Source: Fimicolochytrium jonesii (lineage: Eukaryota). From it: a stretch of 38,323 nt of DNA. Made by a program: the position numbers and the translations under genes. Every line of letters starts with the position of its first letter. Within the stretch, counting starts at the first letter, position 1. This document shows, in pieces, positions 11,230 to 21,426 of the stretch. The notes under the pieces were generated by a model that was not told where the DNA came from, did not search any database, and worked only from the letters and a program-made list of their open reading frames with translations. The DNA lies in contig NW_026515689.1 in NCBI RefSeq assembly GCF_025526975.1, positions 496,001-534,323 of the forward strand, written 5' to 3'.

Positions 11230-13009
11230 ATGGGAGCATCCCAGTCTCACGGGGAGGAAAGTCCGCCTAGGAGAGGAAGTGCAGCAACTTCACCCTCGGA
11301 AATTCCCCCGGATGGGATACATCCCTCGAGGTCAAGTTTGGTATCAGAGCATCCCTTTTCCGCACCCACGTTGGCCGCAGCCCGGAGTGCGTATCTGAAG
11401 CTTCGGGATGTCCAGCCAGACGGCGAAAAAGAGGGCGGGATAAGATTGTCCCGGTTTGTGGTTGTGGTAAGAAGCAGGAACTTCTCTTGTCAGACCGTTT
11501 GACTTACCATCCTGTTAGGGAGGACTCCAAACATGGCTTTCTGCCCGCTTATTCAAAAGCGCATGTGAGGACGGCGAGCGAGAGATCCTTCATTACGAAG
11601 GCTTCCTGCGAATCTTACAGCTGCTCGTTCGAGATGATGCTTGCTATGTCACTCCCCACACCGCCGAAGAGCTTCGACAGGCAGACTTGCAGCTCCTGCA
11701 GTGTCTGAGCTTGAAAACTGGAGCCTTCACCCGAGCTGATCTATGCGAGCTTCTCAGCGCCGTAGCGGATGTGGCGATCACGCAACTGAGAGCCCTGAAC
11801 AAAAGCGCCGACAGGCCTCAGTTAGGGAGCGAATCGCTCGAACCGGATTCTCCGCGCATAAAGATGCTCAGCGGGCAGATATTGCGAGCAAATCAGACCA
11901 ACGGCATTAGCGGCGACGTCGAATCTATCACAGTGGAGGACTTGCAAAAATGGTTCATTCGCAACATGCCGTTCATATTCGAGCCGGTCCGATTCGCTTT
12001 CATTCAGACTTGGCTGACTCTAAATGAAGAGGCTCAACTTCCTCTATATCCTCCACAACATATTCCTGTGGTTGGCAAAAGCGAGATCTTGACGGACGCC
12101 ATGACATGGATCTTGAGTTCTTTCTTGAAACTGCCAGCCCCGGCGGCGAAGGAGCATACCCTTGCGCTTGCTGAGTCGCAGCAGGGAGAAACAGTTGCCC
12201 AGTGGGATCTGCTCTTCAGCGCTCGGAATGATGTAAGGCTTGGTTTGCGTGCAGCGTTGTAATCGACGTTCTCCGAACTCCTTGTTCTCCAGGGATACAG
12301 CATCAATCGTTTCGAGTACCACACATTGAAGTACCCGAAGCCGTCGCTACTACTGGTGAGCGGCTCATTACCTGCCTCGAAAACCTCCAACGGCGAGCCT
12401 CAGCTCATCACGATCGGCGCGTACGTGGATTGCCCATGGAAGAAAAGCAAAAGCTTTTGGGGGACGCCAGACTGCATGTTATTCCAACTGGATCCCGTGG
12501 TGGATCTCTTTCGCACAAATGTGGAGAGCTCGACGCATGCAAAACTGCCGCTCGATCATTTTGTGTATTTCAGCGCCGACAGTGGGGTGATTGGTTTTGG
12601 CGGGGAGATTGGAACATTCAAGTAAGAACTGTTAGGTACGGTGTCTGAGAGTCGTAGAGCCGCTCATCAATTTTGCTCCTGCAGTTTTTCCACGGATCTC
12701 CGAACAGCCACATTAAACCTCAATTCAACATCACCTCTAAATGTCACCACCCAGGCCCAGCGGCCGCCCACATACGACTTTGGACCCCGCGGTGCTAAAC
12801 AGGAGAGCGGTATAACCTTCGACGTGGACGACTTGGAGGTGTTCGGACTGGGAGGCACCCAAGCGCGCCAAAGGCAACGCCGAGAGTGGGACTTTGATGC
12901 CCGAGACGCGGCGAGACGGTCGGGGCTGGTTTCACATCATCGAGGTGGGGATGCCACTGCGGCAGATTTGGAAATAACGAAGCAGATTTTGGCTATGGCT
13001 GGTACGTGA
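11230..13009 (+). CDS. TLDc-domain protein (Rtc5/MEAK7-like), probably myristoylated. Exons 11230-11466, 11519-12232, 12293-12621, 12685-13001; last exon uncertain
   Basis: MGASQS start. WDLLFSARND|GYSINRF, PSLLLV, IGAYVDCPW, FWGTPDCMLFQLDP, IGFGG and FDVDDLEVFGLGG are TLDc motifs. The introns keep the frame. Confidence 0.85.
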
Positions 13010-14242
13010 GAGTGTCTGGTGCGGGGGCTCCACGGGATGTCAAGGGGTCATAGGTTTACCTTTCTTGCGCATTACGTCGGGAAATGACATCTTTCTTGTA
13101 GGAGGTAAGCGGGGAATGTACAGAATGTTCTGCGGACACGCATTGTCAATCAGTGTATTTAACTCTATCGAAACGCAGTTTATTCCGGAGCAGATCAATA
13201 ATGAGAATGTCTTGGGACATCCGGTTCCTCCTCCGAGTCGAGCATCTGTCTTGATCGATGCTCAATTTTCAAATGCCACAGAAAATCGGCGTATCGAGTT
13301 TCCATATGGGAACTAAACAGTTTACACACCCTTCCACTATGTGCCACGACGCTACAGGGCGCGGAACGCAGGAAGTAGGTGAACGGCTCATCCTACGACA
13401 AACGACTGCAGGTGGGATGTGGGAAACACGAGGCGTGACCACATGGAGGGAGGATCCCAGGTGGGAAGCGAAGAATCATACGAACAAGTCCGCCATTGAT
13501 ACGGTGGAATAGCTGAAACCACCCTACATATTCACAGCTGTGTACATACTGTAATTTGGTAAATCCGTAAAGGCGTAAAGCAGGGTCCACTGGGCTCCGA
13601 GTCGGAGGGTCACTTGGGGGCGTTTGACGACATGGCGATAAGGCAGATAAGCAACTTGAAGACGCGTCGCCAGGCGATGATTCACCACAAATTCAGAATG
13701 CTTATTACGTGTCCCAGAATCCCAGCCCGAACGCAACTCGGGCCCTCATATAAAACGACCTCCAGGATCCAGAGCAGGCAACTTTGCTTCAAACCCCGAG
13801 CGAAGGTTGTTCCTTCGCACCACTACCAACGTACGAGCAGCAGCTGGCCCCTCGTCCAATCCGGTGGGTTCACTACCGTCGAAAGTCGGGGCATTCGAAC
13901 CCCGCACCCAGAACCGCTACCGTCGACGAGAAGACCGCCACTTCCAGGTCCATCGTTCGGAAAACCTTCTGCACCTGGTGTATCCGCCTCTTGCTTCGTC
14001 AATACTGGTGCTCCTACATACTTGTAGGTTGGTTGTCACGTAGAGTCACCCGTCTGGAAATCACACTTTCTCGCAGGGAGTGCAACGGCTTGAAAGGAGA
14101 CCGTTTTTCCTTCTTCGATGGCGTACTTCTTCTTTGTTTTTTCTGGCAAACACGTTGGCTGCGATTGCGACTGATACGAACATAAGGATATATCGACTCT
14201 ATCACCAGCACACACGTAAACCGTATTAGATTAGGTTTCCCT

Positions 14243-15517
14243 ATGGATATGGATTACGGCTCTGCCCAGTGGCAGATGCTTAATCAGCAAACGGGAGAAT
14301 CGAGCCCCTTCACTGGCCCGGCCGGCGCCATGAAGAAGGATCTGCCTACATTAGGTACGTTGCTTGTCCGTTGAACTCCCTAGAGTGCCTACACTTACGC
14401 TCTCTGTTCGTTAGCCTTCGACCCCATAAGCCCAACGTCCAATGCCTTCTTCATATCTCCGCAGGCGGAGGGAACACACGGCATGCAGGCCCCTCTGTTT
14501 GGGAATGTCCCTGACCATTCGATCTTCAGTACCCGACACTTTCGATCAAACAGCATTTTTGGACTTTCTCCACCCGGTTCTGAATTTGGCGGTTTCTTTC
14601 CACATCAGTGGCCCCATGATGAGAATGTGGAGGGCAGGGAACTCATGGCTACGGAAGGGAGTCCGATGTTTGCACCCCACGATCTGGATACAGGCTCCTT
14701 TGGTGGCGACGCGGCTGCGTCCGCCGCGGTCACTGCAGCCCAAAAGCTTGTCGATCAACATCATGCGATCTCCCAGATACGGGAAGCTCAGCGGAAGACA
14801 TCCATGGTCGACCTGATTCCTGAAATCAATGTGAAAGTGGACAGCTTGGACAAGCTCACAAAAGCCGAGCGCAAGAAGATTAGGGAGAATACGCGGAATC
14901 TCAACTGCTTCAACTGTGGCACGCGTCGTACTCCCCTCTGGAGGCGGACAGCAGATCGATTGCACAACCTTTGCAATGCTTGCGGTTGGTAGTGTTTGCT
15001 GGCTTCGCCGGGACTTCTAGATACTAAAATATTGCGGTCCATAGGGCTGTACCACAAACAATACGGCTTCCATCGCCCAGCCACGATCCGCCAAAAGACA
15101 TCATCCGCAGTCGAGCTGAGCATCGTCTCTACAGCTAACGGCACTGATTATGCGGTTGTCATGCCAAGTGCAGCGGCTTTGCGGAAAGACGGAGGACAAG
15201 CTACGGTCAAGGTTGTGTCCATTGGCAGCCTCACAAAGGGAAGGAAGCGCAAGCTTTCGGTCCCACATCATGTTCGGAGCCCCGCGGACGAAGGTACGAC
15301 GCAAGTCAAATCCGAAGACATCGCCGACACCTCATGCGAGGGACGCCGTGAAGATGAAGAAGTTCGTGAAGGATCGCCTCCCTACGAGCATGAGGTTGAC
15401 CTCGGACAGTTTCAAACCCAACTTCAATCCATGGGCAAAGGAGATGTACGGAGGTTACTCGGGTCGATGGAGAGCCAAATCGCTGTCCTTCGAGAGTACA
15501 TATCATCCAATGAATAA
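14243..15517 (+). CDS. GATA zinc-finger transcription factor. Exons 14243-14354, 14415-14984, 15045-15517
   Basis: CFNCGTRRTPLWRRTADRLHNLCNACG|LYHKQYGFHRP (C-x2-C-x18-C-x2-C) is rebuilt across a GT-AG intron. Confidence 0.9.
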
Positions 15518-15990
15518 ACGGCAGGTCCTCCGGTTGTTAGGTAGTCCACTCTTTATGTAGTGTCGATTTCTGTACTATATCATCTTGTCGTTCTGTACAC
15601 ATGTGCTATTGAATTCTGCTTTTCTCCATCTCGCTTCTCCTGTCATTGGACGCGTCCCTTCTACAGCCAGACGCCACATACGGTTCCTCCCTCCATTAGT
15701 AAGCAGCTGGAAGCTTACCTTGGCCAACGAATTTCCATAGCTCCGCCCTCAGCTAAACGGAGAGCTGCCCCACAGACATTCCCTTACACTTGGCCTGTCT
15801 CGACCACAGCGCAACACTCAGACAACCGCCGAAGACACTCTTCGAGTCTTCGAGAGTCACAGTCCGCCGAGCGCTAGTTTATCTTGGTCCCATCTCGCCT
15901 CGTTGTTCTTCGGAACTGCGCAGGACAGCAACTCAGACACTCGGTCGTTCGGAAACAAACCTAATCTACAAAATCGATACGCCACAAATT

Positions 15991-18858
15991 ATGAGCCGTC
16001 TAGAGAGTCGTCGGCGACAACGTCGCGAGGAAGCGACAGACTCCTCGGAGGACGATACCAGCATCGGTTCCGTTACTGACGATTCCGCTGACGAACTCGA
16101 AATTACCAGCGATTCGGAAGTAGAATCTGTATCGAAAGCACATAAGAACGTAGATGCGAAGGAAGTTATTTCGAAGCCAGCGGTGGCAAAGCACAACAAA
16201 GCAGTGACCGTGCGCGGTGGCACCGATAAGAAACCGTCAGCTGTAAAGAGTGCGAATGCCCCTGCCGCTGCGGGTGTTAACAATAAGGGACGCAAAGCTC
16301 AATTAAAACCATCCGCCAAATCTCCGGTCGCTCCTGCCGATACGACATCCGATGAAGCCGAAACGGTAGTCGAATACAACGACATTGCTCAACCGCAAAT
16401 TATCACCGAATCTACAAAGTCCGCTGCTGTCACATTTACCGCATCAGCGAAGGCCGCATCAAACTCGCGCGACACTAAATGGGCCAGCGCGCCTTCCTAC
16501 GCTAAACGGCAGCAAGAGCAAGAGGAGTACCGCCGCAAGCTCAAAGAAGACCCAGCATTCACTCCCAATGTCGGCAAATTCTGGGGTCACGACGATCGTT
16601 TCTCCGGACGCGGCGGATCCCGCGGTTTCCGTGGCAGCAGCCGTGGCCGTGGCTGGGCTTACGCCAACCGCCCGGTCATTGCTCCGCCGCGGGACTCCCA
16701 TTACCAACATCAACAGCATCGCACGCAAGATCAAGCATACCACACAGCGAGCGCCAATACCGTCAGCGGCCGTCAAGGTGCAATATCCCCAAAGAGCGAC
16801 GGCTTCGCCATGAACCACACGGCATCGGATCCTGCAAAGGACTTGATGAACAAGACGTGGGTCCACGATAAGTTTGAGGAGGTTTCCAAGGATACCAGGC
16901 CTTATGGGAAGTACAACGGTCCGGCGAAGCACCAAACCCGTCCCCAAACTGAAAGCCGACAATTGCCTCCAGCCCGGCCATCACCTACCAACCGGCAGTC
17001 ACCGGGAAGTCGCTTGAACACTGCCACTGCAACGGTTGTGCAGAAACCTCAAACCTCTATCGCCGCTGCCGACAAACCAGTCGAAAGCCAAGTGACTTCC
17101 AAGGTCCCCGTGGTTGTCGCCAAGGTTGCTGCTCCGCAGACAAACCAGAAGGTGGCACCGCCGCAACCTGAAGTCGAGCGAGTATCATTTACAATCGGCG
17201 CCCACGCAGTGACTATTGTAAAACAGAAATCGACGCCAGACCTCAACGCGGCTCCAGCTCAGAAGCCAACTACTCCTGCGATCGACCACACTGTGAAGCC
17301 GTCCGTGACAAACCCCGACAATGCGATTGCCAAGCCGACGGCATCAAAGCGGGCTACTACACAGCCTTCCCCTCCTGCCGTAAATCCCGTACCAACAATG
17401 AACGCACGTGCCATCAGTTCCGCGCACACCGGTCGCAGCAACGAAGGCGATATTGCCAAGATGCAAAGCAACGAGGCCGTTACCAAGGACTTTGACACTG
17501 CTACTACAGGCGCCCCACCGGCTGCAGTTGTGTCGCAAGACACGGCGGCGCCTCGTACAACCAAGCGCTACCTGGGTTCTGCGACTTTGCAGCAGACCAG
17601 CCCAGTTGCACCTGCCGAACAGCAGCAAATTCCTGCAGCTGAGACCAAGTCACGCACGGCTGATTCCCAATCACCGAAGGAATCTACTCAATCGCCGACG
17701 GACCTCAAGGAAGCCCCGACCTCGTCAACTAAATCTCCCACGGGAACGATGTCGCCTACGCCTGGACAGAGATCCCCGGTCGGAACCCACATTCAAGGCG
17801 CGAAACATACAACTTCTTACTCTGCTCGTGAACCAACAGCGCACGCTGGACCGGTCAACCATCGTGAATTCAACACATACCATCCGTCGTCTGCATTCAG
17901 CTCGTTATCCGCTCAAGGGACTGACGCACCAGCGATCAATCGTGGCCCGAAGTCGTCGCCGCGCAAGCGCCACAATAAACCGCGACCACTTCCCAACAGC
18001 TCAAGTCCACAGCTGTACGCGGATCATCAACAGCTGGTCCAATATGACGGGTCGCCGACATACCCGGTGTACACAAGCGCGGACAACTACCCTATTTATA
18101 CAACCGCGCCCGCATATCCGACATTCACCAGCGCTGCCGCAGCTTCGATGCTTCCTTACGTGCCTTCGGAGGAGGCCATGGCGAACGGAGAATCGCAGAT
18201 GCCGCAAGTTCCTCACATGCAACCGATAATGACCAATTCGGGGTCATTTGTGTTTATGACCGAGTCAGGACTCATGGTGCCCGGGGACAATTACAGTCCA
18301 ACATACGGGTACCCCGGTCCATACCCTCAGTATGCCGGGTACGCGGCCGACGGATCACAACCCCAAGGGCCGATCCAGTCTGGGTACGCACCAGGTGTTG
18401 ATGCAAATGGGTATTACGCGCAACAGCACCCACAGCCAATGTACTTCAGCGGCCCACCAATGTACCATGACCCCGCTTCGGGCATGGTGATGGTATCCGC
18501 GCCATACTATCCGCCGCCAATGTTCCATCACCAGATGGGGGGGTCAACGGGGCCTTACATGCCCCACATGCACGCGCCGCATAATATCATGCCCTACCAG
18601 CACGTCAACCCGAATAGCACAGTGACACCACGAATCACCGAACTTGACGTGAATGGCAATGGGAACGGAAGTGGTCGGCATCGTCACCACCACAACCACC
18701 GCTATCAGCATCATCAACACGCGCAAAACTTCGGGGACAGCACGTACAAACATGCGAACAACACATACGGTCAGCAACAGAACGGGTACAACCCAAAAGT
18801 GCAGATTCGTCGGCCGGACTCGGGAGAAGCGGTCGATGTTAGCCAGCTGAGCGCTTGA
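15991..18858 (+). CDS. Btz/CASC3 (Barentsz) eIF4AIII-binding domain protein
   Basis: EDPAFTPNVGKFWGHDDR and WVHDKFEE match the two-part Btz motif. There is an RGG segment and a Pro/Tyr/Gln-rich C-terminus. ATG 15991 lies in the long ORF. Confidence 0.8.
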   Translation: MSRLESRRRQRREEATDSSEDDTSIGSVTDDSADELEITSDSEVESVSKAHKNVDAKEVISKPAVAKHNKAVTVRGGTDKKPSAVKSANAPAAAGVNNKGRKAQLKPSAKSPVAPADTTSDEAETVVEYNDIAQPQIITESTKSAAVTFTASAKAASNSRDTKWASAPSYAKRQQEQEEYRRKLKEDPAFTPNVGKFWGHDDRFSGRGGSRGFRGSSRGRGWAYANRPVIAPPRDSHYQHQQHRTQDQAYHTASANTVSGRQGAISPKSDGFAMNHTASDPAKDLMNKTWVHDKFEEVSKDTRPYGKYNGPAKHQTRPQTESRQLPPARPSPTNRQSPGSRLNTATATVVQKPQTSIAAADKPVESQVTSKVPVVVAKVAAPQTNQKVAPPQPEVERVSFTIGAHAVTIVKQKSTPDLNAAPAQKPTTPAIDHTVKPSVTNPDNAIAKPTASKRATTQPSPPAVNPVPTMNARAISSAHTGRSNEGDIAKMQSNEAVTKDFDTATTGAPPAAVVSQDTAAPRTTKRYLGSATLQQTSPVAPAEQQQIPAAETKSRTADSQSPKESTQSPTDLKEAPTSSTKSPTGTMSPTPGQRSPVGTHIQGAKHTTSYSAREPTAHAGPVNHREFNTYHPSSAFSSLSAQGTDAPAINRGPKSSPRKRHNKPRPLPNSSSPQLYADHQQLVQYDGSPTYPVYTSADNYPIYTTAPAYPTFTSAAAASMLPYVPSEEAMANGESQMPQVPHMQPIMTNSGSFVFMTESGLMVPGDNYSPTYGYPGPYPQYAGYAADGSQPQGPIQSGYAPGVDANGYYAQQHPQPMYFSGPPMYHDPASGMVMVSAPYYPPPMFHHQMGGSTGPYMPHMHAPHNIMPYQHVNPNSTVTPRITELDVNGNGNGSGRHRHHHNHRYQHHQHAQNFGDSTYKHANNTYGQQQNGYNPKVQIRRPDSGEAVDVSQLSA

Positions 18859-19844
18859 TTAGGAAAAGATATATGGGATTGGAGATATTTTTGTGGCTTT
18901 CTGTTATCAAGCTAGTTAGTCTTGCCTTTTTTTGATGTCAGAGAGTAGTGTGGCCATGGTGGGGAAGTCTTCATGGAATGGGTGGGAGAGATGTGTCTTT
19001 ATAAACACTGCTTTGTATCAGACTTATTAAAGCCTGCGCAACGCTCACGTGATGAAACCCACGTGATGGAACGCTCTCTCGGACGCTCTTTTGGCCACCT
19101 ACTGTAATTGCACTCTGATAACACTGGCGCTTTGGCACAGTTGAATCTTGCTCTCCCTGCAGACGTGCAGGTCGCGAGTTCAATTCCCACTCCCAGACAA
19201 CTTCTTCTTTGTTTGTTCAGATTATGACCCCTGTCGCACTTGGTGCGGCGTGGTAACTACTGTCGCGCTCGGCGCTTCGGGGGTGTTAACTGAACAGCAG
19301 CACACCTAAGTATCACAACAGAAAGCAACCTTACCCGCTCTCAAACAGCTCGACCCACGACCATTTTTCCTCGCGCTCCTTTTGCTGTTATTCCTCCCGG
19401 TTCACATCACACAGCTCCATCACATCACACAGCTCCATCTCGATGGGGATCTGGGGAAATCACCAACATCGCTCTTGGAGTCCAATTCGGTTCAGTTCAC
19501 AATGGTCAAGCCTTGCCCTTCAACCCGAGCCGTTCAGCGGCGACGGTTGGGTTCTCAACGCAGCACCCGCAGCAGCACTCCCAGGCGCAACCTTGCAGCT
19601 TCCTCGAACAGTAACGGCGGCGATGGCAGTGGAGCGAACGGCGACGGCGACAGTGGTGCCAACGGCAATGGCAGTGACAATGGTGCCAACGGCAACGGAA
19701 GTGACCATGGTGCAAACGGGAGGCGACGGCGCGAACGGCAATGGCAACGGCGCGAGCGGCAATGGCGTGCCCGACCGTAGCGACGTCGAGGACATCTTGG
19801 CTGTGAGCTAGCTCATCGGCCATAGCTCATCGGCCGGAGCTCGA

Positions 19845-19922
19845 CAACCGTAGAGCCTGTCAACTGTAGAGCTTGTCAACTGTAGAGCTTGTCAACTGTA
19901 GAGCTCGTCAACGGGAGCTTGT
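19845..19922. repeat. 16-bp tandem repeat, about 5 copies
   Basis: Unit caactgtagagcttgt with minor variants. Confidence 0.9.
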
Positions 19923-20243
19923 TGAGGGGTTCTAGACCGGAAGTGTGAAGCGTGATCACCAGGCCGTTGAGTTCCCCCGATATTGTTGATTTTCAGTTCC
20001 TGCAAAGTGGGTGAGATGAGTATCTATCCGCAAATAGCTGGGTAGATACCGGTATACCCGCCCTGCACATACCGGTATATTTCACTAGGGCTGTGTCGCA
20101 GACGCGACGTGTTGTTCCCCAGGTAGACTGGACACTCCGCATTACGGCAGATGACAGTGGCAGCGGTGCCAACGGCGGCTCAAACTTCAGCGTCAGCGGG
20201 TGCATTGCATCAACATGTCCATCTCCAACACCGAATCCATCTG

Positions 20244-20266
20244 TAACCCTAACCCTAACCCTAACC
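20244..20266. repeat. Telomere-like (TAACCC)n, about 4 copies
   Basis: taaccctaaccctaaccctaacc. Confidence 0.85.
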
Positions 20267-20850
20267 AGGTCCAGCGGTGCTTGAGATGCTCGCCAACGGC
20301 AAACCCGTCCACGAAGGTGGATTCGCCGCAGGTGCCGTTGTTGTGGTAGAGGATGTGCATTGAAGGAGACTGTGGGGAACGACGGGGTGGGTCAATGGGG
20401 TGCCATGTCGGGTTGCCAAGCTTGCCCTCCAACTTTGCCCACTCCCTTCAGCCGCCGTGCGTTCCCTTTATCAGCCGCCCTCTCTGTTCTCTCTGTTGCT
20501 TTTCCCACTCCCTCCAAGTTCCCCGCGCTCCCACTCGCTCGCTGGCCACCCTTTTTCCCACTCTCCCTTTTTCCCACTCGCTCGCTGGCCACCCTTTCTC
20601 CCACTCACCTCTTGGTCTCTATATCGTTCGACCCTGCGGCCTATTTTACTCAATGCGCACTGCTGATGGCGCAAACCACGCGCCAGCCACGGCGCTGAGA
20701 GCGTGAAGCTGTATATGTAAGGCCAAGCGTGAAGGGTGTAAGGCTGAGCGCGATTCTGAGCGCGATTATATCTGCAATGTACTGTAAATGTACATACGTA
20801 CATACTCCGCTGAGCTGTCGAATATCCAGTGCTGTCAGTGCCATACCCCT

Positions 20851-20925
20851 GCTTCCCCCCATTCCCATAAGCAAGCGTAGCTTCCCCCCATTCCCATAAG
20901 CAAGCGTACGTAGCTTCCCCCCATT
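20851..20925. repeat. 29-bp tandem repeat, about 2.5 copies
   Basis: gcttccccccattcccataagcaagcgta repeated. Confidence 0.9.
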
Positions 20926-21426
20926 GGCTGGGCCTTTTTCTTCCCTGGGACGAGCCACACTCTGTATCGCACAAAACACATGGACATTCATATATCAAGA
21001 CGCCGTTGAGTGGGGAGGACGGAGGCCCTTCTCTCCTTCCCAACCTGCTTCCCAACCCCCTTCCTTCCTAACGCAATTGCAAACACCTCTGTACCGTACA
21101 CATCCCGCCGACCACCTCCAGGTAACAACAGCAATCCCTTACCCCGCCGCCATCCCTCACACTACCTAAAACAGATCAATCTAACCTCCCTGCACAGCAC
21201 AGCACAGCACAGCCAACATGTCATCACACCAAGCGCTCCAGGGGTACCTGTGGTGTGGCATATTTACTGGAGCAACCACACCACGGCGGAAGAGGAGGAA
21301 GGTTGCTCCGGTTACCCCACCCCGCGGTTGCCCATACGTCTGCCAACTGTGCAGACACCTTTGCAACCCCCGCGATTCCAGTTCCCACCGTCTGTCCAAC
21401 GCCACTTGCCCGAAGCCATTGCAGAC

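Larger units (their letters stand above)
19502..20363 (+). pseudogene. Possible spliced Gly/Asn-rich ORF with a 1-nt frameshift near 19721
   Basis: MVKPCPSTRAVQRRR followed by GANGNG repeats that continue in the next frame to VPDRSDVEDILA. Splice-like sites at gtgagc (19803), tttcag (19996), gtgaga (20011) and cactag (20088). Confidence 0.3.

Noticed and set aside
13065..14211. Short ORFs between the TLDc and GATA genes
   Set aside because: No motifs or consistent splice structure. Likely the last TLDc exon, UTRs and promoter.
15790..15990. N-terminal 67 aa of the 1022-aa ORF
   Set aside because: It starts at TTG. The first ATG is at 15991.
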